From Phallusia mammillata (taxonomy: Eukaryota): a stretch of 64,000 bases of DNA. Below are positions 12,923 to 27,548 of this stretch, piece by piece. The first letter of the stretch is position 1, and each line of letters opens with the position of its first letter. The stretch is from positions 15,314,001 through 15,378,000 of the forward strand of contig OZ281494.1 of assembly GCA_965637545.1 (NCBI GenBank), given 5' to 3'. The notes under the pieces are model-generated. The model saw only the letters and a program-made list of their open reading frames with translations. It had not been told where the DNA came from and searched no databases. Position numbers and translations under genes: made by a program.

Positions 12923-15900
12923 ATGTCGCAAAGAAGAAAAACCACCAGCAAAGGCCTGGTACAACGACGAACATTTTACGGTTTGCGGGCGCGATGGTTT
13001 ACACTTTTCGTGCTCTTCTTCATCCTGCAGCTGGTGGTTGTCTACTTTCGCATCCACGACGTCATTATGGTTATCTCGCTGCATCTGAACATTAAACTAG
13101 ACTGGATCCGCGGTCTCGAGGACAACTGCCTCGATTTTGACAGCAAGAAACATGGAATCAATCACTTGCAGATACCCGAAATCGATGGCTCGTCGCCCAA
13201 GCCCATTTGCCCAAAGTCCCCACCGGTGCTATACGGCAAGTTAAACCTTGGCGACGAGGACGATGACGTCACAATGGATGACGTCATTCGAAACAACTCA
13301 TGGGTGAAGGCGGGCGGGCGGCATAAGCCGGACAATTGCATAGCGCGGCAGCGTGTGGCGATCATCGTGCCGCACAGGAATCGTGAACGTCATCTTAGGC
13401 AATTTCTACGAGCCATTCACCCGGTCATGAAGCGACAACAAGCTGACTACCGGGTGTTTGTGATCCATCAAGCTGGTACAGGAACCTTCAACAAGGCTAA
13501 GTTACTGAATATCGGTTACAGGGAGGCGAGGAAGGAGGGGATTTTCGATTGCTTCATTTTTCATGACGTCGACCTTCTGGCCGAAGATGATCGCAACCTG
13601 TACCGGTGTGCTGATGTACCCCGTCACCTATCAGTGGGGATTGATAAATGGGACTACCAGCTCCCGTATGACGCCCTGTTCGGAGGTGTAATCGCCATGA
13701 CAACAAGTCAATTTGAGCAGGTAATTACCAGTTTTGTCTAGTCCACTTTAAATTATGTTGTGCTGGTAGTCGGATAAACATCAAATCTATGCTGTAGGTT
13801 TTTAGTCTGATAATCTACAGGATTTTCTGACACTCCACCAAATTCGTGATTTGTTCTGGCTTTGAGTCCAGCGATAAAACGCGCTTCACTGACCTTTGAG
13901 CCACGTGACGCGTTCCCGGGTTACTTCGTGTTATACTATCACAGACTATATTTGGAAACGCCGACTCAAACTTTCAACATACGTAATTGAATTCATGTGA
14001 CGATTTTGGTCTCATGGTTTCGTTGTGCATAACTTTTCCTTTACATACTTTGTTGCTATGACGCAAAGCTTGTGTTGTGCGAGAGCTGGAGGCGTCGAGC
14101 CGTCGTGTCACGGGTAATGAACGGTTTGCTCGCTTTACTACGTTACCGTCGTGCGCTGCAGGCGGTCACAGAGTGCAACGAAGCGGGACAGGCATTACGT
14201 CATTTTGGTTAGTCTGATATTCGGGCGTGGTTTTTGGACGATCAAGCGCGCTTGGTAACTTGTTTATCGATATTTGCGCGTTCCACAGAGGGTAAAGTTG
14301 TATTGTTTAAGGCGTCCAACTTACACATTTGAAGTTCCTACCATAGAGATGATTATAAATATCAATGCCGTCAGCGGATTTGAAAATAATCTACTTTAAA
14401 TTTAAGCACCCAATCTCAAACCCAAATCACAATACATGTAATAGCACCATGGCTTCAACACGTCGACAATAAAGGCAAGGCAACCATCTTAATTTTGGGT
14501 TTCTAATCTACAAGATTTTATCTATATTTGACATGCTACTCAACCGAAAGTGCCTGGCTGATAGCACTGGCCTAAACCGAAAGTGTACACCAAGGAAACG
14601 CTTTCGTTCTTTTTTGAAGATATTTTTATGTGGAAATTGTGTTGAATAGAAACTGTTTTGTTGTCAGGGGCTTCCTATGTCTTTAGTGAATTACAGAACA
14701 TGTGTACTGAAACTGACCTCCAAACACAATGTATTTCAAAACCTTTTTGTTGTGGTTACCGGTGTGGAAACCGGGCAAGGGAAGTAACGCGAATTGTTGT
14801 ACGCTATGACTCAAAGGCTCTTGAACAGAGATGAGTCATTGCATTGTGTATAAACCAGTTTCACGAGATGTTTTCGTTTCCCCATTTGTTAATGTTTAAG
14901 CACTATAAAAGTATTAAAAGTCGTAAATTTTTACTGCCGTTGTCGGGTGCAGGTAGTTATACGGGACGAACGCTTTTTGAAATACGTACGTGAAAAGCGC
15001 GGTAAGTCGCAAAAAAAACAAAGTTCTTCATGAAGCCTCTTAAGTAGAAACAACCTCTTGAAATCCGAACACAATGACAGATTTGAAAAAATGCGGGCCT
15101 AATTGGGTACAGGGGTACAAACGACAACTAAGCCATTTAGTATTTTGTAATCTGATGTGACTAATGTCAAGCAAATTTTGCTGCGGCATAAAAGAACCGT
15201 GAGAAATTTCAGATGGTTCTAACCTAATGAAATTTTGTGTCTGATCCATTTTTCTTGATTAATTTGAGCACTTGGTTTCTTCAAAAAGTTTATCCAGAAC
15301 TTCCGCAAACGCGTTTGTGCGTCTCCAAACTATAATTGCCAGTTACAGTTTCCAGTATCCAATGATTACAAAAAGGTCGCTTTTCAGGAATTTCACCTGC
15401 GGCAGTTTACAATGCAATACACTCTAAGTCCCGCAATGACCCAAGCGCCGCGTCGAAGTAAGACTGGACGCTTATCATTAAGTAAACTCGCGGCTACGCT
15501 GTATTGAGTGGCGTCGCTTTGTTGACCTTTGGTGACTCAACTTTCCACAGCAACGCGTCATGTGTGTACCAATCGCTATTTAAACTTGCGTCTTGTTGTT
15601 CTTGAAACGTAGCGACCTTTTTTGAGACGGTATAAAAGTGGTCAGATGACTTCGAATCATCGCAATTTGCGTGTGTTGCGTTGGCGTTTGTTACCCGGTA
15701 GAAACAGCACCATGAGCTTTCTTGACAAAGTTTTATTCCTGCATTTATTCCACCTTAGTAAACTGACGCGTTTTGAAACAAATTCGCTTGTTTATCCCAT
15801 ATTAAAACACGCATGTTTTGTAAAAGAGTTGCAACTGAACACAGAAACAAGTCAAGCATGCAAGGCGTAACACGGCTACAACACTTTCTCTTTACCGAAA

Positions 15901-18900
15901 GCCGATATTTGAAATTAATCGCACAGCAATTTTCTTATGTAGGCGAAGGCTGTAAACAATTTAACTTTCTCGGCCGACCTGAATGTTGTTCATTTCATGC
16001 GTCAATTGCGGTTCGCTGTAACCACATATTCTGGATGTCACCAAATAACGCACGACGTCGTACGTTTAAATCACTGTCTTAACTTTAGGTGGTACATACC
16101 TTCAATTCAATTATTGCCAAGCGAGTTTGACAGTTTTCATTGTTCATTATAATGTGCGTGTTTGTTAAATGCACTGCTAAATTTAAAAGCAATGATGCAC
16201 CTAAGATACTATGATCGAATAAGGTATACTTGGCGTAATTTTAAAGTTCACATATTTCATATATCCAGCAATTAAATTGTGTGTTTTTAGTCAGCTCTTT
16301 AAAGTATTGATTTCAAAGGATCAAAACCAAGCCTTTTCCAATACAATGGCCGCACCAAGCCTTCTTCAATACAATGGTTTTACACACGACTTAACACATT
16401 AAGGGCTTCGTTCAAAGCAGCATCTACATGCAAAACAAGTTGAACATTTTATGGACATGTTTGTCTATGATTTGACGACGTGTTTTCCGTTGCGGTCGGC
16501 ACAGTTACAGAAATAAAATATATCGTAAACGGCTTGTGCGACCAGTTACTTCCAGGAAGTTTGGAAAATCCCACTTAATTCCCACGTAGCTCCTTTGAAC
16601 CACAGTATGGGAAACGTCCATCAAAATGGTGTGGGCGCTAGGAAATGGTACAGGCATTTACTACCACACAGGCAGGGGAATGGCTCGTTAATTAAATTGA
16701 CAAGTTGCTTTATATGCCCTAAACGACCTTGCTGCCGCACTTTCCAAGGGGGAACTTCGAGATTGGTTAACAAACATATTTCAAGTTTTTTTCACTGGTG
16801 TTTCGGATTCTGTATCAACTAGTCTTAAGAGTATACCTATAGCCATGATGAAGGCATTATAATGTTGAAGTCGTTTTACGGCCCCGCCTCCAAGTCAATG
16901 TGTCAGTCTTGTCAACTGTGGAAACTTGTGCCATTTCCTTGTGCAAACGCTGGTTTCTGGACGTAACGGGTGTGACAACTGAGTAATCTTAGGGCCACTG
17001 TTAACTACCACAAGAGCGTTTCAGACTCATGTAAATGTACAAACTACAACTTCTTAAGCACTAGCTATTAGGTGGTATCCAGCAGCAGTGCTTAGCCAAC
17101 GCTTTGTCGTGTTTTTGCTTTTACAATTTGGTTGGTAAGTTTGGTGTTGGTTTGTATGACCCTTACTCCAGTCTATAGAGACAAAATGTTATTGCCTGGC
17201 AGGTGTTCTAATTATGGATCAAACATGTGCGGAAACACCGCCGAATGGGGTTAGTATGGCGATGAAGTACCGCTCGTCAGTTAATGCCACCCCATCAACC
17301 CAAACCATAAATGCTATCCGTTCATTATTCATGGTCGCCTTACCGCCAAAACCTACATAATTTATGATCGGTTCTTTGGTGTCCAAACAACAAGCCTGAA
17401 CCACTAGAACTGCTAGCAGAGCTACAGTCCTTGTACCAACGGCGTAATATCCGGAATTGATGTCTGTTGTGGTATTGGTTCTGATTTGCAGCTATTGTTT
17501 ATTAGTCTACTTAATAAACCTATAAGGCGCTCGTCATCGTCGTTCTACACAGTTAGGCCCTTTCCCCTCTGTAATACTATTTTGAGGGTGCTGGTAAATA
17601 TATCCACGCAAGGCAAAAGAAATGCAAAACATTTTATATTCATGACACTTATTAAAAATAAACCACGACCCATTGTGGTCATATTTGCATAGTTTAGATA
17701 TTGCATTATGCATTTTAAACTCTTATCATACTTTTGGGTATACTTTATGATGGTCTCATGCAAAGTTAGCAAACGCAATGCGTAAAAACTTTTGCACGAA
17801 AAGCTGTTTAAATCTCCAAACAGTTTTTATTATACTGCCCTACCAATGCAAACTCTGACTTGCTTTGTTTTATCCAAAATATGGTTCACTTTTGATGTTA
17901 AATGGATGCATAGGCATGTTTGGAACCAAACAACGGCAGTTTTTGCATAAATCTTTTCACTCCAAGATTAACCTGACAAACAATCTAGTGAAAGGGTTTT
18001 GAGGATCCAATAACCAACGGTGGCACAAAAGACCGTACGCCACGGCTTAGGACTTGCCTTCTGGGCATAGACAAGACTTGTAGTAAGGGCAAACACAGCT
18101 GTGCCTTTTGGTCCTGTTGTACATTACGACAAGTATAAATCTCAAACAGCGAAAATTACGACTAATAGCTATCCCCATATATGACTGTACACCATTGAGA
18201 TAAAAATCAGCCATGCAACACGAATTATCCCACACACTTTGATGCTGGCAAATAAAAGCACAGTAAAATCCACAACCCAAATCACGTGACATTGTCCTTG
18301 ACGTAGTGGGAGTGCTGTTCCGCGAAATTCAAGCGTCGCTGTTGTTTGCGCATTAAGTGAGCAAGAGCGCAAAGCTTCCAGCAGCGAGCGGACGAATTGT
18401 TATTGTACAAAAATGGTTGTTAGGCAGTACGGCCGTACTGAGAAGCTTTTCCATGTTGTCTTGGTGATAAGTCCATAATCTCCTTCAAGCTTTGCCATAA
18501 ATCCGAGTGTGTTGTGTAGAAACTTGTATGCTTTTCTGAATACAGACTATAAAAACAACTAAATCGTAAAGCACATTTTCATCGTTTAAGAAAACTCATG
18601 CGTATAAAAGCTTTCCAATGCCTATAATCGATTTATTCGGCTTGCAACGCGTTCATTACGACGATTAACATTCCGGTTTGTAGTTTAAGACATAAGAAGG
18701 GTGACAAAACATTAAAAATAAAGACGAAAATGTTATTGTTTGCACACTATACACCATTAAGAGGGAGCGCTATTCGTCAAGATATTTGTGTACTTGCCTT
18801 TGCCATTCGGACCCGACAAGTACTTCGTTTTACGTTTTTTTACGGTTTTACGGTTTTGGTGCCATCGAGTGCTTTTTTGGTTACTTTACGCAGTCAAAGC

Positions 18901-21900
18901 TGCATTTCTTTTGCCTAAATAAGGTATACTCTGTGAAGTCAAGTCAAACATGTTATGTAAAACACCTTTACCAGTTGTCGCTCCACTTATCGTTTTTCGT
19001 GATGGACTTTATTCCTTTCCGACGTGTGATTTACTGATACAGATTTAATGTTTTGTGTTTGTATGTGTACATTGGTTTGAAGTTCGAACTCTTGGAAATG
19101 CGAGTCCTTCTTTGTACTGTTTAGGGCAAAATCTTACATGAGAGAAGAAAATATGTTGTTTGGTCCATATAAACGAGTAGCAGCCGTAAATTGTTTATGG
19201 TAAGGTATATTGGTTCTGGTACAACGGTTGTGTGACGTTGTACGGATACGTCGGTGCCATTCTGTTGGTTGTAGGAAGGACACAGTTGATTGACAGTCAA
19301 CTGCAAATCAGCTCTTGAAACCGAAAACATTCTTTCAAATAGAGTGAGAGTTCTAAAGAGAAAGCATGCGGCCTGTGCAAACTTACTTTACGTTTACACC
19401 CAGTTGTTCACACAACGCTACGAACATGTACAATGCAACCAAAGCACATGTATCCAAGCTTTATAGTCTGGTCGTCAAAACACCCAAAATCGGTATATTT
19501 CCTGTAATGTACGAATAACATTGTATAGGAATGAAAGGCGCTGTTCTAAATTTATCCAGGCCATAGCTAAAGTAACGCAAAAAGCCAACGGGAAAGAAAA
19601 ATTGCGTTTATTGTGAATAATTTCAACCGGTGTAGCGGCGGAGTGGCAGTGACGTTAACTGTACATCCAACAATTACAAATCGAAAATTTAATTTTCTAT
19701 ATCATGAATAATTTACACTAGCTGTGGCCAGTACAGCTTGCCTCACTTTCGTTTTGAGTTTGGTGTGGTATAAAAGCCCGAGTTAAAACGAAAGTGTTGA
19801 CACCGATCCCTGTCTGCATGCAAAACACAGTGTTATGCGGATTTCCCCTAATCAGACTACACAACAACCCTACGAAACCATGTCCGATCTCGAGAGGCCA
19901 GTGACAACAACAAGCTTGCAAAAGACCCGGTTTGAAACTTTATAATTGAGAGTTATAGTAAACAACAAAAATACTTATACCGCTGTGATGGGATAAGGCA
20001 ACCTAGCGCCGGTGTTTTTAAACCTAAGCTTGTTAATTTGATACCAAACAAAAGATTGCCACATACCTATACACCAGGGGCGCTCAACCTTTTTTGACTC
20101 AAGATCGACTCTTGAGGTATTCAAACTCTCGCGGTTCACATTCCAATACAAACAAGACCATGTGTTGATTAGCAAAGGATAACTCGCATTTTTCCCTGTC
20201 CAGTTTTACGTTTTATCGTGGTTTGGGTTAGATTTGTTTTACAGTGCAATAAGCGCTGTTTGTAAACTTGATCCAATACTAATCTTCAAAATATAATATT
20301 AAGGAAAAAGTTTAAACCAAACCCCTCATTTAATTAAAATAAAGAGAGCAACTACCGGTACAAAGTAACAATCACCACTGCAACTATTATATTTGTGACG
20401 TAACAACGAGCCTTCTGAGTATTTGCGGTGTGAACATATCAACGTCTTATTATGAGAATAAGTATAAAATAAGTTCATCAATGTACAGGGACACTCCTCA
20501 AAAACGTGTTACAAAACAACTATATATTTTACATTGTTTTCTGAATCCCTCGCGATCGACTCAAAATCAGTCCGAGATCGACCACCCTGCTATACACTAT
20601 ACTTGTTATAAACCGTTGCGTGTCTTGTGACGTACGCTTGTATTTCCCACTGCTTACAATGTTGATGATGCAAGGGAAACGGTGTAGCGGTTCATTTCAT
20701 CAACGCGTCTGTGTTTATGCTTGTCAAACACAACCGCTGTTAAACACCTATTGCATGGATTTCCACAGGCGCAAAACGTACAAACCAATACATTGACCTT
20801 ATATCACATGACACACGCAGTGACGTTGGACACAGGTGTCATAAAACACTGCATCATACCTAATTTGTATCTCAAAACGCATTTATTCAAAAAGGTAATT
20901 AGATCTTAATTTCAACCGGCTATCAGGTGAAAAAAGCGACCCCAACTAATCTAATGAGCAAACCCGCGGTACCTGTTTGAAGCTGCGTTGGTCTGCTGTC
21001 TATAGCAACCTATCTTTGTTGGGCGCTAGACCAAAAATATGAAATTTAATTTCCCAAATGTGAGTTCAAGCAGGCGTAGTTAGGACGTGTTGCTATGCAC
21101 TTTGTGTGTCGTTACATTGGGTTGTTTAGTCTGTCATTTTAGCCCAAGTACTTGAAAACACAGAGTGGGCAAAGTCTGACATATTTTGCACGTTTTAACT
21201 GCTATGATACCACAACCCTGTCGACCACACTTTTCATAATATGTTTCCTTGAGCATTTGTAATGTATGTACTGTGCTAATAGCTTAAAATGGAAAAATGT
21301 GTAATGAAACCTTCGTTTTTGAATACTTTTCACGTAAAGTTTTGGCGTTATAAAACGCTTGATGGACAAAACTTACACTGCGGTCGACTCTTCAGACGGG
21401 AAAACGTAATAAGCGAAATACTGTCCAACAATAAACACAAACCTATGTTCGACTGGTGGTTAATCTTTGTTTTTGGTAATAACATCCTCAGAAAATTTGC
21501 AGTAAGGTCATCAGTTTTCCCTTTTGGTGTGATTGTACGTTACGTTGCACTCAACTGAATACGTTTTTGGGGTCGACAAGGCGCACCCCAAATGATACGT
21601 TTGGGTCGACGTGATATGGGTTGTGATCATATTTAGTAGTTACACATAACCAGCAATTCTGGCGATCAAAAACAATCCCAATGTAACACAGCTTTTTCGA
21701 ATGTTATCTAACCATGCAAAATCGTTACAAACTTTATAAAACTGTGTTTTTGTGCAGGTCAACGGCTACTCGAATGAATACTGGGGGTGGGGTGCCGAAG
21801 ATGACGACATGTATGTCCGAATTCTGCACAGTTGCCTAGGTCTCGAGCGAGCCAACTATGACGTAGCAAGGTAGGTAACCGTTCCTGACCAATCCCATGG

Positions 21901-24900
21901 CAGAAAGCCCATGTGTCAGTGCACATTGAGTTTAGGCTGTTTCCTTATGTGGGCGTGCAGTTGAATATTAGAAGCATGTTTTGTGGTTTACCTTCGTGTT
22001 GTACAAGGCGTTGAAGCGGGACGTGGGACGCGGGAGAGTCGAAAGCCGTTTACCAAAGTTGTTATTCAAATTTAAAAAAATAAAATTCCAAACAGGGATA
22101 AGAAATGATCCTCACTGCAGTGTTTAAAAAAGCTATGCAGGCGAATGTTCAAAAATTGCGTAGGTTTGATTTCTTCCTTAACTGTAAACAAAGTAACCAA
22201 ACCTATAACAGGGTAGAGCTTTTTAACACAAGAAAAACATACAAAGCATTTCCGGTTGAGTGCGACGTAACCCTCTTTCAAGCAACACCGAAAAATGATC
22301 TCATGATTACTGATTTTCGGAAAGCGTTCTGAAAAACTTTTATTTCACACCAGCTGCCGAACAAAACAGGCTTTACTTCTCAAAAAGAATTAGTGTAAAC
22401 GTTTTGCGTTTCTATCTAGAATATTGATGATTTTTGTGACACACTTTCCTTTTTTAAGTATTCAAAACTTACACGATATACAATTAGAACTAGACGAACA
22501 TGCTTTTAAGTTGTGGTCGGTTCGTTATGATGAGCTTATTCTCGTCATCCATTATGCGAGCAGAAAAAATGGCTTCAGTTAAATATTTTAACATGAAGTT
22601 TATTACCTTTTCTTGGATATGTGGAGAAACATCCTTCAGGACCTATAGCACCTGAACACAGTTCATAGCTTTCCCAGTATTGCTTTGGCAAACATACCGC
22701 GTTGCGTTTTAATAGCTTTGCAAACATGCGATGTCGCCCACAATTCGTTCTTTGTACCACCTAGCGGCGAGGAACATTTTACAACGCGTTAAAGCACTTG
22801 TACACCTCATCACCAGGTTCCGTCAAAACCGGTGATTGTAAGTCTATTCTAAACAATGCAAACAGCGCTCGTTGTTCGTTTACCGTATTGTTAACGTGTT
22901 ACGCTTGTAATGTTAATAATTGACAAAGCCTTAGATACAGTTTGCTTAAATTTCTGGAGCGTTGTCTGCCCCTGTTTTACTTTCACAATAGCGTATCGAG
23001 TTGTTCGGTGCTTTTACAGCCATGGGTGCTGATTTAAACCGAATCAAATGGTGGGTGTGTGGAACTGGTGTTACGTAGTTACCTTAGTTACCTTAATTTG
23101 GGCCGAGTTCTCTGGGTATTGCTTTCGTTTCCCAGTATTGTGATAGCCAATCCAAATTGACTCCTTAGCAACCATCGGCAAATGTGTAATAAACGCACAC
23201 AAATGAAACCCTTAAGCTTAATTAAACATACTCGCCTTATTGTTCAGCTGAAACTTTGCAATAGGGCTGGACCATTCAAAGGAAATTCTCAAACAGAAAA
23301 GGCCATGTTTACGGCGCAACGCGATTTTTTAACACCAGTTATTATACTCTCTTGGATCGCTTTGTAACGAAGACTATTGTGGTGTTCTAAACAGTACTGG
23401 GAGGTATTGATTTGTGGAAAACCTACCGTTTCGTTTCGCGTTACCCACACAGCTGCAAATAACAACCACAGTAATAAGATTAACTATGGGCTTGGTCGGC
23501 AATACATGGGAGCAAATCTGCCCACTAATTTTCATGGAAATCTGTTGCAGTGCACAAGTGTGCAATTGCGTGCAAACCATAATCTCAACCATTTTGGGCG
23601 ACAGACATAATACTTTACATAATCAAACCTCGTGAGGACTGTTTCCGCCCAAGACAACTTATGCTGCGCAAAATTAATATCCAACATAAATTTACTTAAG
23701 TTATTGGGCCAATAATATTGTTTACCATGGGTGTGTTTGCTCAGACAAATGAAAAGTTGCAGGACATTGCTCCTGAGGTTTACTTTTCAATAAATTTGGC
23801 CAGTATCGCGTGTACAGGCCACTCGCGTGCCCAGCTTAAATGGATAAACTACCGACCTTTTGTGTGTGCATGGTGCCATAAGCACATAAGTGTCTGGTCA
23901 GACTATTAGGGCACTTTAATCAAACAGTTATGTCAATTAAGTCAACGTGAACCGAAAAAACTATTTTTCATCTTTATTAGATTTTCTTAACCTTGCACAC
24001 AGAAAATGAAACTCATACGTTTGTCATGAGTTAGCACAGAGTGTTCGAGCATTAGGGGCCAAGTTAATATTTAGCTAATACTTGGTCACAAAGAAAGTTT
24101 CTTGGAATCAACGTCCTACATGCGGTGATGTGCGTGTTTAATGGTGTTAATCAAAAACTACGCTTTCAATGTGAATCATCCTTTCAACTGGAGACAAACT
24201 ATAAGCGTTGTGTTATTGAATTCTTGTACGGTGTGTTTGAAAGACAGTTGTTTTGGACAGGGTTTTTTCCCCATGCTTTACGCTTTCAAAATAGCGCCAC
24301 CAAATGCTTATATTTGCAAGTCAAGCGGCTTGTCATTAATAATTCAAGGGCAAATTGCGTCATTGCCGTGCTGGTGCAGCAGATAATTACCTATGCCAGA
24401 GGCTGAAACCATTCTGTTTGGCAGCATTATCAGATTCATGTTTTTTTCTTCTCTTTTTAAACAGCAGTGTTGCAATTGCAATCCCGTTTTTTTCATTGGA
24501 AACATATAAACGCATATACAGGCAATACAACTGGATTAATGCTCTTTTCTGTTGTACACGTAGAAAAGTAAATAATTAAAAACATGCCGGACCATATTGA
24601 AAGCTTGCTAACCTACAATCACGCAGTTTTAAATGAAACATCCGCACAAACAAGGGTTGTTGAATAACGCTTTACATATTTAACAAAAGAAATGTCTTGG
24701 CAAATCAAGCTTTTGGTTTCTGTTATCATTTTATTCCATACAGACGAGTGTTTTTCAAAATTAACACAACGTGGTTTGCGCCAATCGACCGAAAAGGCAT
24801 TAAGTTTTGTTGCACAGGACACTCATATCCATTAACAGCAACGCATTGGTCACTGAAACCACAAACCCGTGTCCTTCCTTGTCACAACATTATGTGAGGA

Positions 24901-26319
24901 TAACTGTCCGCTGTAGTTGGTTACACGAGATAGTTCGTATATTCATGCATGCACACAGTGGTGGGATTCAATTTTTTGTCAGACGGTTCAGTTACAAAAA
25001 GTCCATGACAGTAACCAGTAATGCTAACCGGTTCGCTGATCTCATAAACTTTCGTGAAACGGTTTTATAGAACCGGTGCGAACCGGCTGAATCCCACCAC
25101 TGCATGCACACACATAGAGATTCAATACCAGTGTGCCTTCATTCGTTGTCAGGCGGTACATGGGCGGGAAAACAAGGGCACTTGAAGTACTAATAAAACA
25201 AGAGTACGTGCATGGGTGTAGCCGCTTTAGTCGTTATCGTTGTTCAGCAACAAGCGCAACGTATAGAGGTATTAACATCTTTCTCTGTTATCGGTTGTTG
25301 GATGAAGGGTTTGGTAAACAAAATTTTGTCTTTATGTTATATCACCATTCGAATACCTTTGCTGCGTTTAAATACGCGGCCGCAATGGTATATAACGCTG
25401 GACACGATTTGTATCAAAAAGTTGTGACACCGCATTTACTAGATCCTTATAACATCTTAAAATAATAAACATTTCACTAGTGCCTATGCAATCTACAATG
25501 CTGGTGCCTTGCAAGAAAATCAATTAAACGCACATAAGTAGGCAATAGAATTATTTGACAAATAAATGAAGCTTATGGCCTGTAGTGGCTAGGTTTGTTT
25601 GGTTTATCACATGTCTCAAGTGTTTATGAATAACCCTTCAGAAGCAAGGCCTCAAAGAATTTGAAAAAGTGCTTTTGAAAACGTGACTTCTAAAATGCCT
25701 TAGAAATGCCTATCTATTAGTTTGATGAGTACAATGCGTAACGAAAGTGCCAGTCATTGTTATAAAAGAAAAGACATTGATGTAAAATTTAAAATATTTG
25801 TAACTAATAAAAATGCTGTGTACATGCGCTTGTCATATATCTATCTCCTAACACTGTACCCTTGCCATAAGTCAAGAACATAACTCATACTTAGCACCGA
25901 AAAGGTGATGCCAATTTTTAATCACGTCTCCAAACTTGTGCACCAAAAGCGAAACCATGTTTAACGTGTGTTTTTTTTTTTTTTTCAGATATAGAATGGT
26001 GTACCACCCTTCGGACAAAAACAACCGCGTCAACCCGTATCGTTACACTCTGCTAGTGGGCGCTGCTGAGCGTCAACGACAGGATGGCCTCTCCAACCTC
26101 AAATACAACATAGTGTCAGAACGCAGCATGCCACTCTACACTAACATCACAGCTGATGTAGGAAAGCCCCCGTTACGTAGCAACGTCAGTACGTTTGGCA
26201 CACGGGTTGATATAGTGGTGAGCCTGTCCTTGTTGCTCCTGATGATGACCCTGACGTGCTGTACTTGCGTCAAATCGAGGCTCATGCATGTTATAATGTG
26301 TCCGCGACGCATCCCTTGA
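12923..26319 (+). CDS. B4GALT-like: GT7-family beta-1,4-glycosyltransferase (B4GALT-like, probably GalNAc-transferring), about 413 aa
   Basis: Exons 12923-13720, 21758-21870 and 25989-26319 (1242 nt, phases 0 and 2). N-terminal TM WFTLFVLFFILQLVVVYF. Motifs VAIIVPHRNRERHL, FNKAKLLNIG, FIFHDVDL, LPYDALFGGV, NGYSNEYWGWGAEDDD, DGLSNLKY and LYTNITADVG. Confidence 0.95.
24956..25102. mobile_element. 147-bp hAT-type MITE, copy 1 (GT7 gene intron 2)
   Basis: 15-bp perfect TIR CAGTGGTGGGATTCA / TGAATCCCACCACTG. 8-bp TSD CATGCACA at 24948-24955 and 25103-25110. Confidence 0.92.
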
Positions 26320-27548
26320 CTTTTCGACCTTTTTGCAGTGTTTACGTACTTTTTTGAGACTTTTTCTACACGCGATTACACAAAAAATCTTCTAATTTGC
26401 CCACAGGCATTCGTTACATTGTAGTTTAGTTCATTGACAATGACACCACCAGCTATTTGCTGGATCAAATGTTTTTTGTCGTCCCCCTTCTACTAATTAC
26501 GCATCCTCACTCCACTCGTTATTGGCTTTCTTTGGGGTCCATGTCCGTTGGCCACCTTTGCTCTGTGTAGCAAAACAGAAAACACCATGAAACTATTCGC
26601 TATGAATCAATTAGACAATTCGGATTAAAACGCTACGTTTTTTTTTCTTTTTTCGTAATTACTTGAACCTATTGTACAAATCAGTTCGACAAAGTTTATT
26701 TTAGTGTCAAGTCTAATGCGATTTACTGGTGTAACTTTTGCGATTGCCCTACCCTTGGGCAGAAGCTATGAATGATTTTGTAACGAAATCGGAGCTAATC
26801 TGCCTTAACCCGTCGTACCGCCCACGGCCCACGCCTGGTCATAATGATGGCCCGTTCCTGTTTGCCGCTAAATGACGCCAGCTTCACATAAATCTGAATT
26901 GAACACAACGTGAAAATACGTTCAAAATGTCAATGGGACAGTTTCTGTGACCGATTTTTTGTTTTGTTTTAAGGATGCTATTTTTGTGGTAAATGGTTGA
27001 AAGCGGTTTGCGAACGGGCACGATTTCCATGCGCAAAGCGCTGCTACGACAACGGGTAACATGGGTAGGACAAGCGATATATATTGTCTGCCTTTAACGC
27101 TCCACCCCGTCACATTTATATTTTACCTAGAGAAATTGCTCGAATTATTCGTGTTTGTGAAATTGGCGTACTCTGTTGAGGTAAACGCACTCATTAAGTT
27201 GCGTACTGACAGTGTTTCTCAAAATGTTTTTTCGTGGTTTTGGTTGATGCTTATCTAAATTTAACACAATGGAATATTGGAAATGTTTTCGGAAATACTG
27301 TTTTTACGCCAAAGTGAACTACATACAGTGTTATTAATTGCGCGCAAAAGATTACTTTAAAAAATTTATATAATAATGTTCACAATTATATCGTCTGGTG
27401 ACCGAACTTTTTGTTGTGTCGCTATAACTAATATTGTAATCCAGTATGACATGACAATTTTGCAGCATTGAAAGGCGTTTATTCCGTTCCGTTATAACTC
27501 GAATGGTATGGACTTTTCCATGGTGGTCGTGTCTTGACTGCATACATA

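Noticed and set aside
22527-22655. Possible intronic C/D-box snoRNA (ATGATGA at 22527, CTGA at 22652)
   Set aside because: The terminal stem is only 2 bp and I could not recognise an rRNA-complementary guide. The motifs are short enough to occur by chance.
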